Shown: positions 9,901 to 19,200 of the stretch, in pieces
Layout of the letters: each line of letters begins with the position of its first letter
How positions within the stretch are numbered: the first letter of the stretch is position 1
NCBI GenBank assembly: GCA_041674545.1
Contig: JBAYVO010000001.1
Coordinates: forward strand, 89,057-153,056
Source of the DNA: Candidatus Nanopelagicales bacterium
Lineage (GTDB): Bacteria > Actinomycetota > Actinomycetes > S36-B12 > UBA10799
Direction: 5' to 3'
DNA: 64,000 nt
Program-made: the position numbers and the translations under genes
Notes under the pieces: generated by a model
What the model saw: the letters and a program-made list of their open reading frames with translations, nothing else
Told to the model about the DNA's origin: nothing
The model's database searches: none

Positions 9901-11644
9901 GCTGATCGTCGTATGCCTCACCCGCAACCGCCGTCTCACACTCGGAGCTTCCGATGAAGCCCGGGTTGAACGCGAGGTTGCGGGTGGCGCCAGCGATGAA
10001 CTGAATGCCGTCCTGGGAATTCAAGCTCATGCGAGCGCCGTCGATGAGCGAGTCCAGCTGGAACTCACCGAGCGGGGACAAATAGCCGGTGCGCTCTCCG
10101 GTCAGTCCGAACAGCTCAATACCGTTCGCGGCATCGAACTCCAGGCGCTCACCCGTGTCACCGGTACGAAGGGTGAAGCCGCCAGGAGTGAACTCCGCCA
10201 ACGGCGTGTTGAACGCGTTGTAGGAACGGATACCCGACGAGTCGATCTGGATGCGCTCATCGAGAATCTCAGAGACGTCGGTCGGGCCGAGGTAGATGTG
10301 TCCAGACGGGCCCATGAAGACCTCGTCCGCATTGAGCGTGCCCGAGACCAGCTTGCCGACACCCAGCGATGCGACCACCCGGTCGATGACCGAGCCGTCG
10401 GCCAGCGCGACCTCACCGACCGCTCCCGCAGCGATAGCCGCAGCCACCACAGCACCCGGGCTCAGCTCGGTCGAGGTGATCGACGCGTTCTTGATGTTGT
10501 AGCCGTAGACGGTCTCCGCCGCGATGTTGCCCACGCCAGGACCGTTCCCGCCGGTGATCGTGTCATACGCGATCTGGGTGCCGATGAGACCGGACGCCGC
10601 CGAGGTCACCACGCGATCGGTGCCAATGTACATCCGGTCCGACTCTGCCAACGAGCCGCGCAACACCGGACCACCGGTACCGAGCTGCAGCTCCGCCTTG
10701 TTGACGTCGGAGACGCCCTCCAGGATCACCCGGTTGGGGTGCGCCGGAAGGTCGGTGCGGATGTGGGCGGCGCCGCCGAGCTTTGCTGTGTAGCTCGACG
10801 GGAACACCGGCTCCGCCGCGAACGTGGCGATACCCGAGACACCCAGCGCCGAGAGCAGGAACGAATCTCCGGCGACCTGAACGCCCGCCAGGAAGTTGCC
10901 CTGGTTCGTAACCGTGAGCGCACCCTGGATGGCCAGAGAGCCCGCTGTGCCAGAGTTACCAGCCAGGGACGAGATCGATCCGCCGAACGTAGCGTTGCCA
11001 GAGCCGTCGACGGAGAACAGCAGCTGACCGTTGGTCTTCTCCGCGAGGATCGCTCCACCGCCACCACGCAGACGCAGCACCGTGTCATTGCCAGCGGTCT
11101 GCATAGACACAGCGGAAGCCGCAAGATCCGTACCGATAGACACATGCGTGCTGTCCACCCGGAACCGCTGCACGCCGTCTCGGAGAACGCGGAAAACATC
11201 GCCCGCATGATCGAAATCGACATCAAGCGTCAGAGCGGGAGATGCGGGAGAAGCTCCGTAAAGCTTCATCGACGTGATGGCATCGATGAAGTCCGCGAAC
11301 TTCGACCCCGTCACCGCGCCAGCCGCCAGCTCCAGCTCGGTCACCGAATTCGACGCCAGCTCATCGGTGGTGACGGTGTTGAGCATGAGCTTCTCGCCGG
11401 GGATGGAGCGATCATCGATCGACCCGCCATCACCGCCACCGGTGGGCTCCGCCGACGCGACGAGCAGCGTGGTCTCTTCGTCGACCTTGATGTACGCCTT
11501 CTTCTCATCCGTGCGAATCCACAGCAGACCGAGATCCGGAGCTGCAGGGTCGGATGAGAACCGAGGATTCAACGGCGTGCGCTGCGCGCCGGACTTCGCC
11601 AGCGACATGAGCCGCTTGATGGACTCAGCCTGCGGATCAATCAT
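6926..11644 (-). CDS. Tail fibre/tail spike protein (1572 aa) with C-terminal intramolecular chaperone (peptidase S74-type) domain
   Basis: Last structural gene of the tail block. Contains Gly/Ala/Thr-rich beta-helix-like stretches and a jelly-roll-like segment (GSWCFKAS...VQFWYRVSSEVNDFFRFAVNG...DTVWIDNVTF). Also has ITxxxI fibre repeats and a C-terminus SGRGSKKNEKKISFENV...KQWNYK...FFPIAEDVQAVLPELV...coiled coil, typical of S74 auto-cleaving chaperones. Confidence 0.85.
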   Translation of the reverse strand: MIDPQAESIKRLMSLAKSGAQRTPLNPRFSSDPAAPDLGLLWIRTDEKKAYIKVDEETTLLVASAEPTGGGDGGSIDDRSIPGEKLMLNTVTTDELASNSVTELELAAGAVTGSKFADFIDAITSMKLYGASPASPALTLDVDFDHAGDVFRVLRDGVQRFRVDSTHVSIGTDLAASAVSMQTAGNDTVLRLRGGGGAILAEKTNGQLLFSVDGSGNATFGGSISSLAGNSGTAGSLAIQGALTVTNQGNFLAGVQVAGDSFLLSALGVSGIATFAAEPVFPSSYTAKLGGAAHIRTDLPAHPNRVILEGVSDVNKAELQLGTGGPVLRGSLAESDRMYIGTDRVVTSAASGLIGTQIAYDTITGGNGPGVGNIAAETVYGYNIKNASITSTELSPGAVVAAAIAAGAVGEVALADGSVIDRVVASLGVGKLVSGTLNADEVFMGPSGHIYLGPTDVSEILDERIQIDSSGIRSYNAFNTPLAEFTPGGFTLRTGDTGERLEFDAANGIELFGLTGERTGYLSPLGEFQLDSLIDGARMSLNSQDGIQFIAGATRNLAFNPGFIGSSECETAVAGEAYDDQRHVFAGEYAVKFRGTNPNPAAPSYVDVPFKNTVGTGTSPAATRYNKSTNPGLDTTLSGWEQSSPLYPVPPVITSLTEDFEDTTYVTTISGPWTRVNTTPQSGSWCFKASTIGNSASSVATFVVPANATQVQFWYRVSSEVNDFFRFAVNGVQQMQASGTSAVWTQSAAYAVVPGQNITFTYIKNAATTGGSDTVWIDNVTFTISTPQSPVAYQNFTRESVLGFVKSHAAQLQATSTGPAAMRATSLAVSGLSQWAFSCSVRASVAQYVQARIVWFDVTSEVIQTDSSSLFSLFANRVMQIGLVKVAPSNAVTAKLEIYAPTLNNTDTLQVSDVLYEQTSAIRAFFDGDSEGYQWDGSPGISTSSLIPVPIPDTLDNLLSIYVWSDVACWVQIEGRDSTLNLGRGTSSATPVVPNQWTRVQVQCTGVMDKVRLHNPSKDQARQNRITVSPIWWSGVQVEADREIATPFCAGGEPGCSWEGLEAKSASVRAQDTIVTRISPTLGTAVSGAIVGGSLTSASFFAGRIFGTYIQGGRIVGNIIEGNQINGDQILANTINGNAITARSILADKIATATLTATEIAAATITGTNIAADTITTTNLTARLITADKLQADLVLSSRIIAGAAATGARVEMTAGTGLQAFTAAGVRTFFLNSTNGSAFFMGELTTASTGTRIVINPGSSAPDAIRFYQDNTNYCTISAEPAGIGSGASCIIRSQTISGRLGAVGCYPGEAFIANQLNGVTRTACSAFGDDMNIWGGEVNLEGQQVSGNGTIGFSRRTSGGAVVSQGTLIVRPSTSGPFLHGISGNVGILLSTNTEMFLYGNENYSVLRGGYAAYWNAPSGRGSKKNEKKISFENVASAREGLMAVESKQWNYKNERVPGEAVPAKRKVRQRIAKRDQKGMPVLDVETKAPVYEIVESDALDEPIHKPHFFPIAEDVQAVLPELVRDAPAIEGGLGIDIRDFVGFLWQVCREQEQELRKLRRDVNDLKPAA

Positions 11645-12771
11645 GTTGTACTCACTGACGTGTCATCCAGCTTGGACTCGAAGTCAATCTTGACGGTCTC
11701 CGCGCCCGGCGAATCCGCCGAACCGTTGGGAACCGACACGGTGATCTTTTCAACGCTGAAGTCACCATCTACGTGCACATAGCCGTCGTCGATCGAAACG
11801 TGACACTGATGCCCGGGGCGGAGCACACCGAGCACGGGATCGCTTCCCGCCTGCATGGTCACCGACGGCTGCGACGGCGAACCCGACAGCCGCTTGAGCT
11901 GGTTCACCGCCAGGTTGAGCACTCCCTCGTCACCGAGCAGCTCGCGGTTCTCGATGGACGACTCGATGCGCGGCTGTCGGGCCAGTGCGTCATCATTTTG
12001 AGCGGTGCGGCGCAGCATGGCCTCGTTGTCGAAGCCGCCGAAACCATCGACGAAGTTCGGGGACGGAGACAGCGGAGTCCAGTCGTAGTCATCGACGTTG
12101 CCTCCATAAATGAGCCGATGCGGTGTCGGAATCGGGTGCACCGCGTCGATGACCAGCCGGAAGCCGAGAACGTTGCCCGGCTGCCACTCACCCTCGATGC
12201 GGAAAGAGAACGCCGGGTTCATCTTCAGCAGCGTCTCGGCGGTCTCCACCACGCCCTTGTTCTCCCACCACGGGACCTTGTAGGACTGTGGCGGGCCGCC
12301 GACGGTCTCAGAGCCGATGGACACGCCCAGATCCCCCGCCGGACCCATCTGCGCGTATGTCAAAAGATTGCGGAGCATGAAACCGCGATCCTGGTTGATC
12401 CAGTCGAGAGTCTGTCGCACCCGGCGATGCCCGAAGATCGACCAGACCTCCTGCGCTACGACATTCAGATTCTTGCCCGAACGCGTGGGCTGCCACAGGA
12501 ACCCGCACCAGAACGGCTTGCCCAGCCGCTCAACCACCAGGTAGGTCTCCTGCGCCTTGAGGTAGCGCGTATTCGGATCATAAAGATCTAAAGTAGCACC
12601 GAACTCGCCTGCGACATTGTTCTGAAACGTGTACCCAACGTCAGCAAACTTGAACTCATGTGTGATACGACGAGACGCAAAATCGACCGCGAGATACCGC
12701 GTTCCCCGGCTGCGGTTCTGCGCAGCCACACGTACGGCATACGGATCGTCAATAATCGTAGAATCTGGCAT
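11641..12771 (-). CDS. Minor tail protein (tail tip/hub, Tal-like by position)
   Basis: 376-aa ORF with a 4-nt overlap onto the fibre gene. Sits in the tail-tip block downstream of the TMP and Dit. Confidence 0.65.
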   Translation of the reverse strand: MPDSTIIDDPYAVRVAAQNRSRGTRYLAVDFASRRITHEFKFADVGYTFQNNVAGEFGATLDLYDPNTRYLKAQETYLVVERLGKPFWCGFLWQPTRSGKNLNVVAQEVWSIFGHRRVRQTLDWINQDRGFMLRNLLTYAQMGPAGDLGVSIGSETVGGPPQSYKVPWWENKGVVETAETLLKMNPAFSFRIEGEWQPGNVLGFRLVIDAVHPIPTPHRLIYGGNVDDYDWTPLSPSPNFVDGFGGFDNEAMLRRTAQNDDALARQPRIESSIENRELLGDEGVLNLAVNQLKRLSGSPSQPSVTMQAGSDPVLGVLRPGHQCHVSIDDGYVHVDGDFSVEKITVSVPNGSADSPGAETVKIDFESKLDDTSVSTT

Positions 12772-12790
12772 TAGATGCTCTCTACTCAGC

Positions 12791-13714
12791 TCAGGTGGGC
12801 TGCTCGTAAACTCGAATTTCGTGAGTCACTACACTCTGCTGGGTCTCAAAAGTCATTGCAGTAGTCTGAGAACCCACACGCTGCACCTGCAGCTGAGAGA
12901 ATGGCGTAGTCAATGCAGGAAGAACGTATTCTCCGCTGACCAAGTAGTTGAACATTCCTGCGCTGTAAAGCTTCTGCGGAAACGGAACAGTCTTGCACTG
13001 ATCGTCTCCCGACGAGTTGCCCAGAATGGCCCGCATCAACGCTTCACCGGCTGCGAGAATGCGCGCGGTCGAACTGATCTTGTGGTGGCAACGGTGACCA
13101 CCGTGACGCGCCCAGAACGGCCAGTTGGGAAGAAAGAACCCATTAATGTTGATGTAAGTGTTCTGATTTACAACAACAGTGGTGTTCTGAACAATAGTAA
13201 TCTGATTGACATACTCCCGAGGCTTTACCATCTCCCGACGATCCGTGATCTTCGAAGGAGAGGACGCGTTCGGATTGATCACAATGTCCGAGAGCAGCAT
13301 CGAGCGATCCGGAAGGGCGGGCAACGGTGGGTTGTTGCTGGCCGAGTTCGCTCCAGGGACAACCTCGATGTTGAAAGAATTATCGCCGTCGCCGGATACC
13401 AGGGACGCATCGCGAACCCGGGCGATGATTGCGTCACGTCGGTACTGAGTAGAAGACGCGGTACCGAGGTTGAGAACAGTGTCTTCATCCTGCGTACAGT
13501 GATAGCTGCCGTTGAAAGACACGTCCGAGTAGATGACGCCGCGACCAGGACCGATCGTCACACTCATCGGCGTAGCACCGCCGCCAGTAGTGGTCCGGAA
13601 CGAATCAGGCGTGACGATTCCGGTGGCCCCGGCGCCCCACTGATCCTCGATCTGCAGGCGATCGGTGACCGCGTCGACGCCCACGGCCTGGGCGTATGCA
13701 AAACGCGCAGTCAT
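12791..13714 (-). CDS. Minor tail protein
   Basis: 307-aa ORF inside the tail-tip block. Assigned by synteny only. Confidence 0.6.
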   Translation of the reverse strand: MTARFAYAQAVGVDAVTDRLQIEDQWGAGATGIVTPDSFRTTTGGGATPMSVTIGPGRGVIYSDVSFNGSYHCTQDEDTVLNLGTASSTQYRRDAIIARVRDASLVSGDGDNSFNIEVVPGANSASNNPPLPALPDRSMLLSDIVINPNASSPSKITDRREMVKPREYVNQITIVQNTTVVVNQNTYININGFFLPNWPFWARHGGHRCHHKISSTARILAAGEALMRAILGNSSGDDQCKTVPFPQKLYSAGMFNYLVSGEYVLPALTTPFSQLQVQRVGSQTTAMTFETQQSVVTHEIRVYEQPT

Positions 13715-13729
13715 GTCAAATCCTTCCGA

Positions 13730-16240
13730 TCACAGGTACGCAGGCTCCCAGCGCCACACGACATAGCCCGACTCCGAATAGCCTTCGTGCGAGAACTGCA
13801 GTCGCTGGTAACCCGGGCGGGCATGCAGCCAGTCCGTAGTGCGGTCCAACCACCAGTACCGAGAACCCGTGCCGACCAGCTCAACTGTTCGCTCAGTGAA
13901 ATCAATGCGGATAACGTCATCAGCAGACAAGTCAATATCGTTAATGAGACGGAAACGCTCATTGGTGTCCATGTTGAAAAGAACTGGATTCACCAGATCT
14001 CCATGAAGCTCCGCTACCAGCCGAGCCTCATGTGTTCCGTCATTGAAAAGCGTGAAGATTCCGGTCGAGCCGAAGTTTCCGTACTCCAGCCGATACGTAC
14101 GCGGGTAGCGCCGAAGCCCACCGGGGGTCCGCACGATCACCGGATCCGAATGCTGCTCTTCAGCACGCCAGAACGGATCGTTCATCATCAGATCGACGGT
14201 GAACGTCGCGCGCATAGGACCCGTAGGGTTCAGGTCCATCTGCGACATGGGCTCGACCCACGTCCGCATCTTCATGATTCCGTAGCGCGTCGGAACACGG
14301 CGGATCAACATGATCTGCCTGTCCCACACCGCAAAAAGCTGCTTCAGCTTGTTGTAGTGCTCCCAGAACTGAGTGCGCAAGTAAATGTCCTCGGGAATGT
14401 CTCCATTCACCGTGGTGCCCTGCACCCACATCGCCAGCGACAGCTGCTTCTGGTCCGGAGTCTTAGGGATCCAACGCCGACCCGGGCGCGACGAGATACG
14501 GATGTTCTCGGTGTCAGCCACCGGGATGCCCTCGCGACCTGCCAGCGTGGAGATGTTGAACGCCAGCGTGGCAAGCGAGACCGGAGAGTCGTAGACCCAC
14601 TCTCCACGGACCAGGCGGCCGGGATCGACTTCCCAATACTCCTTAGTGGTGTAAAGGAGATGGCCGTCATCGTCGTAGCCGAACTGCTCCGAGTCCTCGG
14701 AGTAGACCTGACGGTCCGAACCCGGAAGGGGCTCGGCAGGCAGCACAGACACGCCCGTGAACGCCGTGAGGCCCAGATCCGGCATGGTCGCGGTGATCGC
14801 CGCCGATCCCTCGCCCACGGCCGTCACGAGACCCGAGGAATTGACCGTCGCGACCGACGGATCCGAGGTCGACCAGATCACGCTCACCGGAGATGCCGTA
14901 GCACCGCTGGAGTACTGGATCGTCGCGTACATCTGCTGCGTGACGAGCGCGTGCTGGACCAGAGTCAGAACACCCTGGCGAGGCTCAACGTAGGTCGATG
15001 TGATGACCTCGCCGAACTCTTCATCCAGCGACATCCAGTGCTGATGAATCCGGCCGTCATCGAGGTCGCGCGGGTAGACCGCGACCTCATCGAGGGTGGC
15101 TGCTACGTCATTGTTGGGAGCGAATACCAGAGCGCCGGACCCGACACCATCATAGTTCGTGTCCGCAAAAGCAAGAATGTCCTCACCATCAACGTAAATG
15201 GTAAGAAGGCCATCGTTGTACGTAAAAGCGTAGTGATGCCACTGGTTATCCTGCCACGGCGCATTGACCTGAGCACCCGTGGAAGAACCGACCGGCATAA
15301 ACCCGATCTGCGTCGTCCCGACCGTCGCGATCTTCCACTTATCCGTGGCGAACAGCGTGCCGCCAGTATCGGTGTCAAAACGCGCGAGGAACTCAAAGGT
15401 CCACTGGCCGAGCCCTACGGTGCCCAAATCCCAGGCGCCGTTGCCACCAACCACCGTGGCCGACCCGGCGGCAGCGAACTGCGACGCACCATCCCCGTCT
15501 TCCGGCCGAGACGTCACATTGTAAGTAACACCCGACGCGGAATAGTCGCCTCGGTAGATACCGTTTTCATCGACCATGTAACGGCGAGTGAATGTAGTAT
15601 CCATACGAGACTGCGACTTGCCTACAGTTCCCAACCACACACAGTTGGCCGAGCCACCATCGAAATACGTCCCCAGCGTCGACGTCGCCTCGTAATGGAC
15701 TCCGTCAACCTCCAGGCGATCAGTATTGGTAAGTGACTCCACCACCGCGAGCGCGCGCAGCTTCACGCCGTTCGCCGGAACCGTGTGCACCTGCGAGACC
15801 CGGGTCCAGGTATTCGCGGGGATAGAGATCGGTGTGCCGACCACCAGGCCGACCACGGAATCGTTGGAGCGCAGCGACTCCACGTTCACCGAGACGGTCT
15901 GCGCGCGGTTGACCCGAACCCAGTAGGACACCACGTACGACGTGCCCGCTGTAGCAGCGGTTGTCGGCATCGTGATCCACGACTTGAAAGACCAGTTCGC
16001 AGTTGCTGTCGCACGGTAATACGACGAGCCCTGCTGACCGCCGCTGGTCTGCCTGGATCCAGCGAAAGCCGCGTTATTGAGCGAGCTGCCATACCGCTGC
16101 GTGCTGTAACCCGTGGTGTCAACCTCGACCGACGGGTTGGGACACAGGTTGAACCGCGAAATGACTTCGTCGAACGGTGCATCCGACATGCGCCAGTACG
16201 CCAGCGGGCCGTCCAGCAGGATCTCGGTGTAGAGGCTCAC
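13730..16240 (-). CDS. Distal tail protein (Dit)-like minor tail protein with CBM-like, LamG-like and Big_2-like insertions
   Basis: Immediately follows the TMP with a 4-nt overlap. N-terminal LDGPLAYWRMSD and QWHHYAFTYNDGLLTIYVDGEDI...LDEVAVYPRDL are LamG-type. NPSVEVDTTGY is CBM-like. VATVNSSGLVTAVGEGSAAITAT is Ig-like group 2. The C-terminal third is siphovirus-tail-like. Confidence 0.7.
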   Translation of the reverse strand: MSLYTEILLDGPLAYWRMSDAPFDEVISRFNLCPNPSVEVDTTGYSTQRYGSSLNNAAFAGSRQTSGGQQGSSYYRATATANWSFKSWITMPTTAATAGTSYVVSYWVRVNRAQTVSVNVESLRSNDSVVGLVVGTPISIPANTWTRVSQVHTVPANGVKLRALAVVESLTNTDRLEVDGVHYEATSTLGTYFDGGSANCVWLGTVGKSQSRMDTTFTRRYMVDENGIYRGDYSASGVTYNVTSRPEDGDGASQFAAAGSATVVGGNGAWDLGTVGLGQWTFEFLARFDTDTGGTLFATDKWKIATVGTTQIGFMPVGSSTGAQVNAPWQDNQWHHYAFTYNDGLLTIYVDGEDILAFADTNYDGVGSGALVFAPNNDVAATLDEVAVYPRDLDDGRIHQHWMSLDEEFGEVITSTYVEPRQGVLTLVQHALVTQQMYATIQYSSGATASPVSVIWSTSDPSVATVNSSGLVTAVGEGSAAITATMPDLGLTAFTGVSVLPAEPLPGSDRQVYSEDSEQFGYDDDGHLLYTTKEYWEVDPGRLVRGEWVYDSPVSLATLAFNISTLAGREGIPVADTENIRISSRPGRRWIPKTPDQKQLSLAMWVQGTTVNGDIPEDIYLRTQFWEHYNKLKQLFAVWDRQIMLIRRVPTRYGIMKMRTWVEPMSQMDLNPTGPMRATFTVDLMMNDPFWRAEEQHSDPVIVRTPGGLRRYPRTYRLEYGNFGSTGIFTLFNDGTHEARLVAELHGDLVNPVLFNMDTNERFRLINDIDLSADDVIRIDFTERTVELVGTGSRYWWLDRTTDWLHARPGYQRLQFSHEGYSESGYVVWRWEPAYL

Positions 16241-19200
16241 GAGAACACCCCTGCGAAGTTCAGCTTCTGCATTGTGCCCTCGAACGAATCAGTAGAACGT
16301 TGCGGGGCTGGGTTCGTGATCTGAACAGCGCCCTCGGAGAACACCACAGACTTACTATTCGTGTCGCCCGACGATGCCGAAGAAATAGCCTTGGCAAGCT
16401 TCTCCTGAACCGCACGCCCGATACGCGGACGCGACAGCGACGGAGAGCCGACAAAGCTGAACAGATCCGCTGCATCCAGCACCGGCCCGCCGTTGGCGAA
16501 GTGCTGCATCGGATTGTCGTTCAGCTCATGCAGAGCCTGCACGCCGATCTTGCGGACTGCGTCTTTGCGCAGCACAAACTCGCCCGGAGTAAGCATTGCC
16601 GGGACAGTGTCACCCACCCCGGTACCCGGGACACGGCCACCGCGAGCGAACGGAAGACCGCGCTTGTAGGCGTCCATGTTGGAGAGGAACTTGTCCTTGT
16701 TCGGCGACGGAAGCTGCGCGATCTGCGCCGCCACCTGAGCGTTCTCCATCATGGTGAAGATGTCCTTGGTATCGATCTTTGTCGCCGTCGATACCTCACG
16801 CACACCGAGCCCTGCAGTCTTGCGCAGCGCACCGATGACGGTCAGCGCGTTCTCCAAATTCGCGCCGATGACGTTCTTGGACTCTTCCAGGATCTTCTCG
16901 ACCTTGGCCGCGTTCCCCGGAGACTTGACCGCCTCGCGAGACAGCGCCAGGCCGCCACCGTCGGTGGTGCCCGTGCCGAGCCCCATCTTCGCGAGCGCGA
17001 TAGCCAGATCGTCGTAGCCCCAACCCGAAAGCTTCAGGAGGTTGGACTCGAACTCCTTGGTCTGCGCGGTGCTCTCAGCGATGCCCTTGGACCAGCTGTC
17101 CAGCGTCATCGGGGTGGTCGTGCCATCGCCGGTAGCCGGGGCGGTGGGATCCGGAGTCGGCGCAGGTGTGGTGGTGTCCGGTGTAGCACCCTTCTTCGGG
17201 TACGACAGCCAGGCGCCCGTGAAGATCTTGCCGGGGTCCTTGATGTTGTTGATTCGAGCCAGCTCCGAGACCGTGGTCTCAAACCGCCGCGCGAGCGACC
17301 AGAGCGTGTCTCCGCGCTGAATCTGATAACGACCCATGTCGCCGGTGGTCGACTTCGCAGCCGCAGCAGGCGTAGGCGTGCGCGGCATGTTCAACCACTG
17401 ACCGGTCAGAACCTTGTTGACGTTGGCGATCTTGTTAAGACGCTTCAGCTCATCAACAGTGGTTCCATACGCGCGAGCAATGCCCGACAGCGAGTCGCCG
17501 CGCTTGATCTGGTAGGCCAGGCCGTTGTTACGCTGCACGACGCCGCCGAGCGCCATGTACTGCGCCGCGTTGTCGGAGAACGCACCCGGGCGCATGGCGT
17601 TGAGGGCCGCGAGGTTCTGCGGGCCAAGCGACTCCGCCGCCGGGCGCGAGAGCACATACTCGCCAGGGGTGAGCATGGCAGGCTCGGTGTCGCCGTTGCC
17701 ACGTCCAGGGACGTAACCGCCCTTGGCATACCAGTGCGGGGAACGACTCGACCACATGCGGTACGCGGTGATCGGGTCGCCGTACTTGCCCTTGATGTAG
17801 TTCAGACCCCACTCGGCCTGACCCGCAGCTGTCGGCTCAACAGGTCCGTGGGTTCCGGTCAGCTTCTGGAACAGACCGCGCGCCGAGGACGTCGGGTTCG
17901 CCGCGTTCGGATTCCAGCTCGACTCACCCTGGACCAGAGCAGCCAGCGCATCCCACTGCGGGCCCTCGCCCCAGCCGTAGCGAGCCGCTACCGCCTTGAC
18001 CGCAGCGATGACATCCGGAGACCCGGAGACGGCGCCCGCCAGCGGTCCGGCCATAGCGGTGGCCGCCATGACCTTGGCGAGGGCGGCCTCCTTGACCTTG
18101 TCCGCGCCCTGCTGAGCGATATCCGCCAACTGCTGTCCGTGCGGGCTCGGGTTACCCGCACGGAAGTCAGAAATCATCTTGTTGGCTTTGTCAAACTCTG
18201 CATTGACAATTGGTGTCGGATCGAACGCTACGCCGCCAACACCGCCAGAAACGAACGTACCGCCCACCTGCGGCAGTGAGTACTGCGCGGAGAACATGCC
18301 ATCATTCGCGCCACGAGCACCTGGACCCATGATTACCGCAGGCGGCGTGGACTCAACATTGATTCCACCGAGCGTGCCCGCCATGTGCGAGCCCGGCAGA
18401 ACACCGATTGAGAACGCCGACGACAGTCCAGGAACAAATCCTGCCGTAGCTCCACCCGCGAACGATGACGTGGTGTAGCGACGAACGTAAGGGTTACCCG
18501 TGGTCAAAGCACCATGGATAGCGCTCATGAAGCCCGAACAGTCGTAGCTGCCCGGTCCGGTAGCACCCCAGACGTACGGCTTGCCTACCTGAGAACGTGC
18601 AAACGCCAGACCGGCCTCGACCGGGCCACCCTCGGCCATGTGTGCCCAGCCCGGACCACCCGGATCCCCGCCCTGATCCATCTCTTGCATCGAACGGGTG
18701 TCGCCGCGACGCACTGCCTTGTGCCACGCATCAACGGCGCCCTGGCCGCCGAGCCGGTTAACAGCACGCTTGGAGAGCATGTACTCACCAGGCATACCCA
18801 TAATCGGAATGCTGTCCTTGTTTGCTTCTCCGCCCTTCAGCGGACCACCCTTGGCAAACCCAGGAACAACATCCGGAACATGCTTGTTCAGCGTAAACTG
18901 CGTGTCAAGCGCATTCCACGCAGCAATAATACCCTTGTTGAATGGGCCCTCAATAACAGCCCTGACAGGAACCGAAGCCGATTCCTGCATAGTAGCCATC
19001 TGAGTCTTAAACCACGCAGCAGTGTTACCCACCGACGTGTCAGTTGCGGTCAATCCAGCGCGCACCGCAGTCAACGCGGTATCAGCGCGAGTCTTGAAGT
19101 CTTCCGTCGACACCGACATTGCGGTTGTCGATGCCGCAGTGTGGGTCTGCGTCGTAGTCAGGTCCGTACGCAGCGGGAGCAACCCGGCGGTACGCACAGC

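Noticed and set aside
12629-15736. 1035-aa plus-strand ORF in the track
   Set aside because: It is antisense to well-supported tail genes. Its translation is Arg/His/Val-rich low-information sequence, typical of shadow ORFs in high-GC DNA. It has no RBS or motif.
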